A stretch of DNA of 63,177 bases, filler included, from Atractiella rhizophila (Eukaryota), in NCBI GenBank assembly GCA_021432655.1. It is 3 parts of 3 records of this genome, joined end to end, with 100 filler letters (N's around TTAATTAATTAA, not from the genome) between each part and the next. Parts side by side here need not be neighbours in the genome. Positions count along the whole stretch, not along the records: positions 21,264 to 37,323 come from MU271507.1; positions 37,424 to 63,177 come from MU271520.1; 1 more part is not named here. One strand, written 5' to 3'. The notes below the pieces were generated by a model. It did no database searches. It was not told the origin of the DNA and saw only the letters and a program-made list of their open reading frames with translations. This document shows, in pieces, positions 25,134-37,433 of the stretch. A program made the position numbers and the translations under genes. Numbering within the stretch: the first letter of the stretch is position 1; the number at the start of each line of letters is the position of its first letter.

Positions 25134-28100
25134 ATGTCTACTGGCAGCATTGTCAACGGCAATGGCTCTTACTCTAGTTCCAATGGGGAAGGAACAGAAC
25201 ACACATTACGTCAGTCTTTCCCTTTTTCTGTCCTCCTGTCGTTCAAGTTGTGCTCTGGGCAGAAATCATCGACGAGTCTCAACAATTCAGGTCTTTCCCT
25301 CTCCTCCCTTCCTTCCATATCTGAACCTTCTCCGTGATGGAACAGCACATCCGTCCCAGACTCTATTAAGCGCTGGGGACTCTATGACGCCGGTTTCGGC
25401 TACGACGTCGTTGCTGTGTTTGGGAGTCAGAGCACGGGGAAGAGTACGTTGTTGAATAGGTTGTTTGGGAGCAAGTTTGCAGTTATGAGCGAGACGGAGA
25501 GGAGGCAGACTACTAAAGGTGCGTTTTTATGGCATTTGTATTTGGGATGTTGGCGCCGCCAAGTTGGAGTGGAAGGACGAGAAATATTGACGGTTGTGCA
25601 GGTATTTGGATGACCCGTGCGAAGGGGATGAACGTCCTTGTCATGGACGTAGAAGGAACAGATGGAAGAGAGCGCGGCGAAGACCAAGTCTGTAGCCTTC
25701 TATCAATATCCATTCCTTTCAGCCTGACAAGAAGAGCAGGATTTCGAGCGCAAATCCGCCCTTTTCTCACTCGCCACTTCCGAAGTCCTCATTGTCAACC
25801 TTTGGGAGCATCAAGTTGGCTTATACCAAGGTGCAAATATGGGACTTTTGAAGACTGTCTTCGAGGTCAATTTGGGCCTCTTTCAAGCTAGTTCGAAAGG
25901 ATCTTCGTAAGCGTCTCCTCTCCACATTCGTTGGTTCCTGTTTGTTTAATGGAAAAATGGATAGGCAAGGACGTACTTTACTCCTCTTCGTCATCCGGGA
26001 CCACGTCGGCTCCACCCCTCTCGCAAACCTGCAGAACACGCTGACGTCGGACATGGCCAAGATTTGGGAAGGGCTCTCCAAGCCTTCAGGGTTGGAAAGT
26101 GCCAGGTTAGAGGATTACTTCGACCTCGCTTTTTTCCCCCTTCCACATAAAATCCTCCAGCCGGAGGAATTCGAGAAACAAGTCTTAGTCCTTAGGAAGA
26201 GGTTTGAGGATTCGAAGGACCCGGATTTTGTTTTTAAGCCGGTTTATCATAAACGCATTCCGGCTGACGGAGTCGGAGCATACATGAATGGGATCTGGGT
26301 TCGTGTCCTACTATGCTTTCATTTTTTGAATTGACGTGATGGGGATGATAGGACCAAGTCGTCTCCAATAAAGATCTAGACCTCCCCACTCAACAAGAAC
26401 TCCTCGCCCAATTCCGATGCGATGAAATTGCTGCTGGTGTGTTCGAAGTCTTCGAGGGAGCCGTCAAATCCTTCCGTCGCCCCGTGGAACAAGGCGTGGT
26501 GGTTCCAGAGCTAGGAGAGGGTATGGGAAGTGCCAGGAAGACGGCACTGGATAAATTTGACACCGCCGCATCTAGATATCACCAAGGGGTGTATCACAGG
26601 AAGCGTGCAGATCTATTGAGCAAGATCAACGCTTCGCTCTCGCCCCTGTTCTTGGGTCAGGTCAAGAATTCGCATAAGGCTATAGTCCTCTCTTTCAAGA
26701 CGAGAATCCTTGAACGCCTCAGAGGAGAGGGGTACGATTTCGGAGCGGTTGTGAGAGAGGAGAGGGAGAGGGCGGAAAGTACGTTTGATGAGGAAGGTGG
26801 GAAGGTGCTTTTGACAGAGACGGAGTGGAGTTTGGAGGAGAGCAAGAGTCAACTCTTGGACGAGTTGGAGACGATCGCGGCGGAGTGTAGGGTGGAAGAG
26901 ACGAAGAAGATGGTCGCGCTCATCGACAGGAACCTTAAGAAGGACTATGGGGAAAAGGTCGAACTGGCTTTGAACAACCCGGAGAAGGAGATGTGGGATA
27001 AGGTCGTTGGAGCTTTCGTTGGTGCTTTGGAGAAGGCGGAAAATACATATTTGAGGAAAGCGAAGGGTTTGTCTGCCTCTCTCTACTCTAATTTTCCTCT
27101 TCCGAATTGTCAATGAGCCTTGCTGAGGAGTTACGTTGGGGATGGGACGACAGGATTCAACTCAACGGACGAGGAGAATGAAAGTGCCCTGAAAAACTTG
27201 AGGAAGAAAGCGTGGCTGAGTCTGACAGCAAAGATTGACGAACAGACGGCTGATACCGTCATGCTTGTTAAATTGAAGATGGCTTTCGAAGAGAGGTTCA
27301 GATACGATGATGACGGTGTACCAAGGATTTGGAGACCAGAAGATGACATTGATGGACTCTTTAGGAAGGCGAGGGAAGCAGTAAGTCACCTTTGCCTCCG
27401 GAAGTCGTGCATTTGCACGTGAAATGCTAATGGAAGCTGACTACGTTGTTTGATCTAGACCCTCTCGTTAATACCTCTTTACTCGAAAATTTCACCCACC
27501 AATCCCGAACTCTCCTCGTTCTCCCTTCCGTCCGAAGCATCCGAAGAGACTGACCTTACGGAACCCGAATTCGACTTCCCGTCCACATTGATCATCTTCA
27601 CCGAATCTAAACAAGCCGATCTTGCATCGCGCTTCCGTCGCGAAGCGGACGCTTACTACGTCGAGGCGAAACGAAGTATGGTCTCGAGCATAAGTCAGAT
27701 TCCTTATTGGATGTATGGCGTCGTTGCTCTGTTGGGATGGAACGAATTCATCGCCGTCATTCGCTCTCCAGTCTACTTTACTATGCTACTAGTTCTCGGA
27801 GCGGCCGCATATGTTACTGTCGCGTTGGGCATGGTTCGTTCTTACCCCCCTTTTATTCCTTAATTCAGTGATACTGACGCGGGTGGGATCTGGCTTAGGC
27901 TGGTCCGGTCCTCGCTCTGGGACGTGGAATCTCGAGGGAGGTGTTCAGAGTTGGGAATGAGCAGTTGCGCAATTATTATGCTGGGGAATCTGCACCTAGT
28001 GCACGGGTTCACGTACGCCTTTCCTTCTGCCTTCTAACTTCTACTTTTCCATTTCACCTTGAATCCATGAAGATGCTGATGAGTCATGGAATAGCCACCA

Positions 28101-28163
28101 TCAAGGCGAACAGAGCAGGAGGATATTCCGATGCGGGACCTGAAGGAGAAGAAAGATGCCTAA
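25134..28163 (+). CDS. SEY1: Sey1/RHD3 atlastin-type ER-fusion GTPase
   Basis: [97 protein letters not shown], and TM hairpin [17 protein letters not shown]. Confidence 0.97.
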
Positions 28164-28605
28164 GTGAAAGGCAGATGGAGTTGCATTGTAGGATGTAGAG
28201 CAGTGGATCTGTTGATCTGGTTCTTTTACAGTAATTATTCTTTTCATTTCGTGCCCTTACAGTATTTGTTTCGTAGCATTGTTTCACAAGCCACTGTTGC
28301 ATCGCTTCGTCGCTCAACATGCAATCGTGATATCCTCCCTCCAAATGATGTCAGGCCCAATAACTTGCAGCCTTGTCGTTATGAACTTTTGCTGTGGGAG
28401 CTCACAATGACAGTTGATGAAAGGCTGTCGAGTAGTAACTTACTGGACAAATAAAAGCCAGTCATCCAAAGGATACATGTTCCCTTCGGCAATCATGAAG
28501 CTCGTAGACTTGGAGTATCGTCATGTATGTGAGATAACATTGTATTGATATCATTGATACCGAAGCCATAGAAATCTCTGAAACCACTGAACCGGCTCTT
28601 CTCGT

Positions 28606-30525
28606 TCATTTCTTCCTTTGCAATTCATATCCTCCTTCCTGAAAAGTGAAACGGAAGTCGTGTGCCACAACCAAAAAATCATCATTCATCGGCTCTTTCC
28701 CTGCCCCTGCTTCAATCGTTGCTTGCAAATCTGAAAACTGATCTTGAATAGCCGAGAAGCTCGCACTCTGAGCCGTTTCATCATTGTAAAATGTTCGTAT
28801 AGTCATATCAAGGACAGATTTACTCGCAAGTCCTGCTGCGCGTCGTCGCCGCAAATATGCAGAAACTTGGAATATCGGGATGTAGCAGTGATGGATCGCT
28901 AGCTCAGTGATAAGGGGGCAGTGAAAGGATTGGAGAAATTCAGGTGTGATGATGCCTGACCGTTCGTGCAGGCCGTCGAGATGCAACGTGCGAAGGGGAC
29001 AGAGGTTGAAAAATGTGTCTAGCGGAAGTTTGAAGACGATGTAACGCGATCGTCGCCGAGGGCGCAAGGAGAACTTGAAGTAATGTAGCCACCACCCATG
29101 AAATAGTACTACCTGCAGGATGTCTTGATATTGTAGCCCTTCCAGCCAATTCGATGACAATTCGAAGATTTGCCGTGGCTGTGGCTTGGTGGGAAACTTT
29201 ACATCATGACGATGGGGCCTCCCGATATAAAAAGAATCTTTGATGAAGCCACTTGAACAAACTATCATGCTCGACATGCAATGGATTATCTGATGGATGA
29301 CCTCCCTCGATATAAATGAGTTCGTGATCGCCAGGAAGTGGATTTTTCTTTGAGGTACAGGTTGAAGGCAGGACTGCGGCAGCGGGACGAGATCCCAATA
29401 CGAGAGACCCAGACCCATCAAACTCGTTAGTCTCTGTTCCAAGAGGAGGAAAAGGTCCTCTGCGTTCCATTTGTTGGGTGCACTCTCTTCTTTGTCCCAA
29501 GATCCGATCAAAAGAAATTCAAGACGCTTCAGAGCTCCTAACTGCAAAAAGAATCTGTTTCTAGATAATTCACTCGAAGGTTTTGGAAGTTGAAGAGTAA
29601 CATCTTGCAAGTTAACTGCTTCATGGAGGATAGAATCTATAGTGCTCCAAGTGCCATGTTGAAAATCCTTTGTTTTGAAGCCATTCCTGGTCAAGACCAA
29701 GCATTTGATCCAAGGCACAATACGTTCCCGAAAGGTTGCATACATGGGAATAATGAGAAAGTCATATGCCATCTTCCCTGCATATTGACAAATTTTGTGA
29801 AAGGCAATTTCGTCGAACCGTTTGCAGACTAACCGGAAACGCTGTATTATTTCCAAATTGACGCCTTCCTCCAATATTTTTGTCAAACAACAGTCAACAA
29901 GCTCGGTTGGCAATTGTGAAAACGGATCGAGCCGCCACGGTTGAACGAACTCAAACTGAAGATTGAAGCCTGTCATATAGCGTTCTCCTTTGGAAATCAA
30001 ATTTCGAGACATTAATTCGACGAAGGTGCCACCCAAATTGATGTTGTTCGAAAATGACATTTCCTCCAAATCCGATTGAGAATCGCGGCTAAATTCTATC
30101 TCTCGCATGCCAATAGAGACCCGCGGCTTCTTCCTTTTCACATAGAAAGACACGAAGGTCTCGAAGACGCAAATTTCTTTGTCCGAGATATCGAAAACAG
30201 ATTTGGGTTGTTCATCTACTACTACCACAGCCATCTTTTTGGAAATGTAGACCTTCTTGCCTTCGGCGAAAATCTGGTTTTGGACTGCGGTGCTCGCCAC
30301 TGCACGAGCTGTAAAACCAAGGCGCTCTCCTTTCTTGGTATGCGTGACGAGGGAGAGTAGCATGACAATGCTGAATCTAGCCAAAGTCAGCGAGTGAAGA
30401 TGAAATAAGCATGGCAATGGGATCCTCTGCGGCGTTGCTGCGCACCAGATGCCAGTGGAGAGCAGGAAGCAACAAAGCAACGGTCCAAACTTCAAAGCTG
30501 AGAGACTCACACTTGCTTGTTTCAC
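28606..30525 (-). CDS. F-box-containing hypothetical protein (start uncertain)
   Basis: Long uninterrupted ORF with internal F-box-like DPFSQLPTELVDCCL...RFRLVCKRFDEIA, followed by LRR-like segments. Confidence 0.6.
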   Translation of the reverse strand: MKQASVSLSALKFGPLLCCFLLSTGIWCAATPQRIPLPCLFHLHSLTLARFSIVMLLSLVTHTKKGERLGFTARAVASTAVQNQIFAEGKKVYISKKMAVVVVDEQPKSVFDISDKEICVFETFVSFYVKRKKPRVSIGMREIEFSRDSQSDLEEMSFSNNINLGGTFVELMSRNLISKGERYMTGFNLQFEFVQPWRLDPFSQLPTELVDCCLTKILEEGVNLEIIQRFRLVCKRFDEIAFHKICQYAGKMAYDFLIIPMYATFRERIVPWIKCLVLTRNGFKTKDFQHGTWSTIDSILHEAVNLQDVTLQLPKPSSELSRNRFFLQLGALKRLEFLLIGSWDKEESAPNKWNAEDLFLLLEQRLTSLMGLGLSYWDLVPLPQSCLQPVPQRKIHFLAITNSFISREVIHQIIHCMSSMIVCSSGFIKDSFYIGRPHRHDVKFPTKPQPRQIFELSSNWLEGLQYQDILQVVLFHGWWLHYFKFSLRPRRRSRYIVFKLPLDTFFNLCPLRTLHLDGLHERSGIITPEFLQSFHCPLITELAIHHCYIPIFQVSAYLRRRRAAGLASKSVLDMTIRTFYNDETAQSASFSAIQDQFSDLQATIEAGAGKEPMNDDFLVVAHDFRFTFQEGGYELQRKK

Positions 30526-30725
30526 TCAGCCAAGAATGAGACTCTGAGCAGTTCTCGAGGAGGTTGAGGAGGTGTAGCCGCAGCCAGAGGCTGTGCTGTT
30601 CCTCTTGTCCCCTTGTCATCTGTTTGAGTTTGGCAATTTGAAATGCGGCATCTTTGCCGAAAAAGGAGGTCGACGAAGACTATTATAGTTCAGCTGGTCG
30701 CACAACGGGAAGAAAGAAAGAGGGG

Positions 30726-32242
30726 ATGAATCTCTCAGGGACACTCAATTTTTTCCGTGTGTTTCTCAAACCAAATCTCGTCGTTCCAGACTTTCGCGTC
30801 CGTGGTCAGTCTTCCATTCTCTTCTCTTCCCAACCCAACCACAAAGTCGATTGCTGCGTCTCCTGATGCTGATGCTCTTCGGTGACTGGGCCAGATATAC
30901 GCTCGCTCAATTTTCCTGAACTGAAAAGGAGAGGCGTCATTGGTGTGGTATTTGATAAGGACAACTGCTTGGTTCGTTACCTTCTGCATCCATATCTGTT
31001 CATCTGTTCGGATGTTGAAAGTAGCGAAAATCTTATGAATTGCGCTTTATAGACGTTGCCGCATAAAGACCAGCTCGTACCTGCCCTCAACGTGCGTTGA
31101 CCTCCCTTATAACCGGCATACAACAGCGCTCACTCTCTTTCCGTGGAAGTAGGAATCCTATGCTTCCTGCTTAGATACCTTCGGAAGACAAAATGTGCTC
31201 CTCGTGTCTAACTCGGCAGGGACAGTAGACGATTCTACATTGGTGCAGGTGCATCACCGCTACTCTTTCTTCGTGCCAAAGTGTAGTCCTGATGCAGGGA
31301 CTGAAACAGGCTGAACTTGTCTCTCGCTCCCTGTATGGTGTCCCCGTGCTCGTCCACAAGACGAAGAAACCGGGATGTTGGAAACAAGTGGACGATTATT
31401 TTCGGTCACTCCACCCACCGCCCACCGTCGAAAGTCCATCTCCCCCTCCTTTGCGATTGACGAAGAGGAGGAGAATTCCGGAGGTGGTGCAGAATGTGCC
31501 ACTAGAGCACCTACCGTGCGCCTGCAGTCCTCTATCCTCCCCCTCCTCTTCCTCCAGATTACACGCCTCAACCCTCACCCCCTCCAAGAGCACGCCAACT
31601 CGCTCCGCGTCCAACGGTACCAGTTACGATGCTTCTCCTCCTTCTTTACCCTTACCGTCCAAGCCCATAATCTTAATAGTTGGTGATCGCGTCCTTACCG
31701 ATGTCGTCCTCTCTTCCTTCCTCCTCCGCTCCTCCTCCTTCCTTCCACTATCCGTTCTGACCACTTCTCTCTGGGCTCGCGAAGGGGTACTAAACACCTT
31801 CGTGCGGTGGTTAGAGGATTCGGTCTTATTAGGAGGAGTGATGAGAATGAAGAGGAGCGGTTGGGTTGGTCCTAAACATGAGGCAGAGATTGAGAAGATT
31901 GTGGAGAGTCTGAGAGAGGACAGGTCGGTGGAGGATGCGCCAGTCGTTATGAAGAAGTGGACGAGCGTGCAGGCGTGGCGGGAGAAGGGGAGAGCGGTCT
32001 ATTATGTCGCCACCCATCCCGTGCTAGCCGCTAAAGGCTTTGCAGAGGGCTTGATTGTGCAGCTGAGGATTGGAGGGAAGTGGGTGGCACGCGAAATGTG
32101 GAGGTTGACTAGGGTAGGAGGGGAGTGGTTGTGGATTGTTGGCAGGCGGAAGGGCAAGGAGTGGAGTGTTTTCGTGTGGATTGCGGTGAAAGAGAGAGGG
32201 CTGAGGATGTGGAGGGAGAGGAGGGCGGTGCATGCGAAATGA
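30726..32242 (+). CDS. GEP4: mitochondrial phosphatidylglycerophosphate phosphatase (HAD IIIA) with C-terminal extension
   Basis: MNLSGTLNFFRVFLKPNLVVP, VVFDKDNCL|TLP, LLVSNSAG, VLVHKTKKPGC, IVGDRVLTDV. Confidence 0.88.
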
Positions 32243-32719
32243 ATGTGCGTCTTTCTGAATCTGATTCCTGCCAGCGTAGCCGTAGTACCTCGTTCACGCT
32301 CTACTTGCATCGTCCAATGTCGGAAAAGCACATTGCCTGTTTTCATGGTGACATAAGGATAAAAATTGGACCTATCCGGTCATCAAGTCATGAGAAAATT
32401 AGACTTTTGCTCGCATCTTGTTCCATGTGTCCCAAGCAGCGGCGACGAGAGAGCAATGCTGTGAAAACTGCTCCCCAGTGGACAGTGGATAGTGGTCTCG
32501 ATCACCAAGATTGAATGCTATTGTATTCCTAAGACTGAGCAGTGTTCGCGCGCACGTTTTTACTAGGTTTGAATATAATGGTATCATTGCACAGAGAATG
32601 TGGATCTGGTCCACTCCATGTCCTTTCCATTTGCCTGATTCGATTAGTCTGATTCATATCACACCTTCATCTCTCCCGGATATTCATGGATGACCCTTCT
32701 GAAGGACTAGAATCTGCCT

Positions 32720-33400
32720 TTACAACTTCTCAATGATAACAGCCGTGCCTTCATCATGATTTTAACCGTTAGTTGTAGTCATTGAGTGGACATACACGCA
32801 CCATAGGCACAAACCTGGCTGATATCAGGTCCAAGATTACCCTGGTCAAATCTCATGGTAATGATTGCGTTTCCTTTTTTTGCTTCAAAACCAAGTTGGA
32901 CATTGGACGTTCATCAAGCTCCGAAGAATTGAGGAGATGAAGAGATGACAAACCAATACACTCTCCTATCAGACGCTCGACGGCCTTATTCCGGCTGGAG
33001 TACATCATCTTTGTGTATGCCCCTATCTCACCTCCAACAAGTGATTTCAAACCCGCGCCGACGCTAGCAAAGACATTGCGAGAGCGGACAGCCTACCAGC
33101 GCGAATGACAGTCAATGTTTACGTGATAAAACTAGCAGTTGAAAAAGCAGACAATGCCATAGATGGTTCCTAGGACTTGGACAACTTTGTACCCAGGTAT
33201 GTCATTCATTGTAGAGATGAGTACGCCATGTGTTTCTTGGAGATGGAAGGTGATCTAATGTCCTTGTTAAAGACAGCAGACTGCAGCAAGATGAGGAAGT
33301 GAAAATGTGAACATACCGGAGCCACCTTCAAGGATTTGAAGTTTTCGTCCTCCTTCTTATCCTCTGCAGTAGGTTTAAAATTACTAGCGTTGGTCGCCAT
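32720..33400 (-). CDS. YbjQ/UPF0145 (putative heavy-metal-binding) family protein
   Basis: STMNDIPGYKVVQVLGTIYG, VRSRNVFASVGAGLKSLVGGEIGAYTKMMYSSRNKAVERL, GNAII.MRFD, QVCAYG|TAVIIEKL*. Confidence 0.88.
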
Positions 33401-34019
33401 CTTGACTTCCCTTGGACGTGAAAACTGGACTGTGGCCTGGACGTGCGATGGGAATGGGGTTGGGGAGCAGCGTCCTCTCCTTGCCTTAAATAGTTGTGAA
33501 TATTGCTGATTGAGGAGGGGATTTCGTGCTTGGGTGGAACTCCGCGTGCGGGTGCGGGTGCCAACGTTCTGCCTTTCGACTTTCAAATGATCCTTACATC
33601 CTGACCCTCATAACCCACCTCCTAGTCCCTCCCCTCTGTTCTAAATTCTTCGCACGAACCGAATCACAAACCATGGAGATCCATCCGCAATGAGCGACGT
33701 CCCAGTGCTTCCCTGGGTCCAAATCCCTTCCAAGAATGACTCAAGCTGTCGAACTATCTCGTGAACTCTACTGGGACTGGACCGGAAGAGATTGAATGTA
33801 GCGGAAGTTGCAATTGCTCAGGGCGTGTCAGAGAGGAAGCGAGGTGAGCTATTTTCCAACTTCTCAACCTTTGAAACCACCAACTTGAAGCCGAGGTTCT
33901 TACTTGCCGTCCATCGCAAACTGTGTTTGACGTTTGACGTTTATAGCACACAATTAGACAGCTTTATTGTTGCAGCTGAGGTAGATAACACTCTGTTACC
34001 CAGAAAATCAAAATGGTAA

Positions 34020-34470
34020 TCTAGAAACCGCGAGGAAACACAACCTCCGTCTCTACGCTTTCAGTCCCACAGCAGGAGGAATCTTCGCAGGAAAATGGAA
34101 GAGTAAGAACGATATTCCACCTGGACGGTAAGGGGAATCTCTGCCTGCTTCCAACGCATTTGAATCCAGCTTCGAAGGCGATCATCGGATCGCGAAGTTG
34201 TACAGACAACTCTTTCTCCACGACAATGTTTTCGACGCGCTTCAATCGCTCCAAACCACGCTCGCGAAATACGAAATCAACGGCATTGATGCAGCATTAC
34301 GGTGGCTGGTATTTCATTCGAAGTTGGATTGGGATCAGGGCGATGGAGTGATATCGGAACCTCGAAATTGGAGCATATTGGTGCGAATGCGAGTTCTTTG
34401 AGGAGTGGACCGCTGCCCAAGGAGGTGGTGGAGAGAATGGACGCGATGTGGTTAAAGATGAAATTCCTCA
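34020..34470 (+). pseudogene. 5'-truncated, frameshifted AKR7-like aldo-keto reductase fragment
   Basis: RKHNLRLYAFSPTAGGIFAGKW, AALRWLVFHSKLD..QGDGVI, then a 1-nt deletion (~34352) before GTSKLEH...SGPLPKEVVERMDAMW. No catalytic N-terminal half found. Confidence 0.75.
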
Positions 34471-35962
34471 AGATGAGGTCTTGTAATTATAATCGAATTT
34501 CTCTTCAAATTTGGAATCTCCAGTCTCACACCATAGTCTCAGAGTGCGTAGAATGTGGTCGTGCTCGTGGAACCGTAGCCTGGGAAGGACATGCCATATT
34601 TTGATGGAGGACAACAACCTTGGGAACCCAGTCCCAACTCGTCCCAACACACGGAAACTCGCACCTAAAGTGAAGCGTAAGGCACTTATAATAATACTGA
34701 ATGATTTGAAATACCTATCCAGCTCATGGAAACTCGTTGCAAAAACCAAGAGCAGATTCAACGGAATGCAGAACCCTTGGTGAAATGATGGTCATCGAAA
34801 AAAAAACAAAGACCTCCAACTCAAGCGCTTCGCAATAAACTCATTCTGCCTTAGAATTGGACTCAAATAGGCTAGATTCTACACACTCCCAAGGGGAAAC
34901 TCTCAAATCGACAGCTAGTCCCAGTATCCAAGTTGTGCGAGGTTCCTCATGTTGATGGCTGCTTCATTGATAGGCTTGTGTTGAATCGAGAGGAAAGAGG
35001 GCATCAAAGTTTCATTGATCTGATTACTGCAAAGGTTGTCATCTTTGGTATGTCTCTTTTGAGATGCTGGATTAGGTTGTTTCTAGAGGTCATGGGCACC
35101 ACTTTTCTGTCAACAAACCCAAACCTGCAAGTTTCTCAGGCTCCATGGGTTCGACTTGAGGAACTTGCCCACTGTGGTGGAGTTCTCAAAAGAAGCAAAA
35201 TAACCGTCAGAATGAGATCTAAGGTTTACGGATTGCATTTCAAGGGAGGAACGTCACATGTGTCTTGATAGAAGGTGATGAATTTCGTCCTTCGCCCACG
35301 CGTAGCTCGAGAGGATTCTTCCTCTTTTCCTCGCTTTGAGCTTTGGCAAAAGTGCCTTGGAATGAAAATGGGATATCCTCTCTCAGAGAAGCCACCCGAT
35401 GTCTCCCAGGCTGCATTTGCGCCATAAAAGAAGTGGGAAGAGCCAGAAACGATTTTGCCATCCAGTTTCGCAGGGAGGATGAGATTGGAACTTGTGAAAA
35501 TCGATCCAAGAAACCCAAATCCGTCAAACTTGAGCTTGAACTTGTCGAAAAGTTTGGAACTACCAAGAGCGGCATTCACACTGCATGGTAATTAGAAAAT
35601 CGATAACCCAAACCTGACTTATGGTCAAGTTGGACCTGTTTGGCAAGTTTGTACTTGACCGAGGTGACCTAAGGCGGGCCTCTATCGCTTTGTAGATTCC
35701 AGATGGAGGAAGCCCAGGAGGAAGCGCGTTTGTCTGCGGTTCAATTTTATGTGTTGGTTCCTAGATTGGAGCTCCTTTATTTGTGTGATGGCCAGCAGAT
35801 CATCCCTGTCGCAGCATAGATTTTGTTCCCCCCTTCAAAGTTTGCGATGCTGCATTTGAGACTGTGATGGAGTGGGATATAAAACTGAAGCGCAGGAGGA
35901 GGAACATCAGCACGAAAGAAGCAACTCTTTCTTGACTTTGAGTCTTTCGAAACACCTTTAAC

Positions 35963-36857
35963 ATGGCACCAGTGAGTTGTCTTTCTTGTCAACTCTTTTC
36001 ATTGTCTGATTGATTTCTTGCATAGTTTTTGATGCACTTGAGCCCTGGAGAAGCTTTGTACACGGAAGGTATGTCGTTTGATCCACCATGATTCCAACCG
36101 TTGAGTATGTTTTTTTAGTTGCCAATCGCTTTTCGAGGAGCTGGAAAGATAGCACGAAGACTTTCCACATCACCGACATTTTCTACATCAACCACAACGG
36201 TTCTGAAGCGCAACAACATCTCTACAACCACTCCAACTACACGTATGTTCTCTCTCTCATTCAACCCAATTGTTATTCATGTCGTGGTGTAGTTCACGTG
36301 TTGCGTCGAAGAGGGGTCTTGACACACAGTCTGCTATCAGCTATCACTTCCATGGCACCCAACGCGCATGCTACATTGGCGAGAACTCCAGAGCTATCAA
36401 CACCTGCTCCAACCGCGACTGTCACCTCTGCTCCTTGATCAAATGCTCCTTCCAGCTCAAATATGTCGGGCAAGACAACGCACTTGGTCCTGGCTTCTAC
36501 ACCAGCGCAACCTCCAACAGTTCGTTCCTTCCCCCTTCCTCCCCCTCTTATACTTCTCTGACATTTCTGCGTACAGAGGCGGATGGATACGCGAAGAATG
36601 CAGATATCAGGTCAAAGAAACATGCAGTGTTGTTGGGAGATGTGACGACGGGAAGGAAGGAGGTGGTGTATGATTGGGATTCCGATAAGGATGGCCCGAG
36701 GTCTGGATACGACTCTGTGTCTCTTGTACCTGGACATTCTCAGAGCAAGAAGAAGAGAAAGCCAAAGTGGCCAGAGACGGTGGTGTATAGAGAGGAGGCG
36801 ATTTTGCCTAGTGTGGTGATCATGTACACCCGCACCGGATGGAAGGAGAATAGCTAG
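35963..36857 (+). CDS. stand-alone PARP-catalytic-like ADP-ribosyltransferase
   Basis: TATA-like gatataaaa at ~35877. Exons MAP|FLMHLSPGEALYTE|VANRFSRSWK...; FHGTQR, LGPGFYTSATSNKADGYA, VLLGDVTTG, GYDSV, PETVVY...AILP. Confidence 0.8.
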
Positions 36858-37323
36858 AGGAGGCGCGCTGGATCTTAATTTTTGAATTTGATTGTGTTCT
36901 GTGTATGCAAATACCAGCCTACTTCTAACCAAAGATCTTCCTCAGACCCTGCCCCAAACTTCAGTAAGGACACCACAGCTCTCGACCCGTTAACGGCTGG
37001 CACCAAAGCTTTCGCTTTCAACCAGCCAAAAAGCTTTGAGCATGATTCGAGCATCCGTGATTGCCATGCTGGTCAAAGTGACTTGCAATCGAAGCTATAG
37101 AGGTTTATATATTAAATCAAAAGAGGTTTTCTCAACTATTCATTTCATGGTCATATTGGGTACGAAGTTGGGGCACTTACAGCTGGCGTGCTGATGGAGG
37201 AAGCTGGAAGCAAGGGATAGCACATTCTGGTTAGTATTTCGATTAAAGTAGTATAGGGTAGGCTTCTCACCCCACAGAGCAAGTTGGTCAAGTCAAAAGC
37301 CGGACCTTCAAGTAGAATTTCAA

Positions 37324-37423
37324 NNNNNNNNNNNNNNNNNNNNNNNNNNNNNNNNNNNNNNNNNNNNTTAATTAATTAANNNNNNNNNNNNNNNNNNNNN
37401 NNNNNNNNNNNNNNNNNNNNNNN
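37324..37423. other. artificial contig-joining spacer (N44-TTAATTAATTAA-N44)
   Basis: Same 100-bp construct as 21164-21263. Confidence 0.97.
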
Positions 37424-37433
37424 AAGAACCAAC

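Noticed and set aside
34600..35600. Possible gene or TE remnant
   Set aside because: Short overlapping ORFs with stops and no recognisable motif; cannot be supported.
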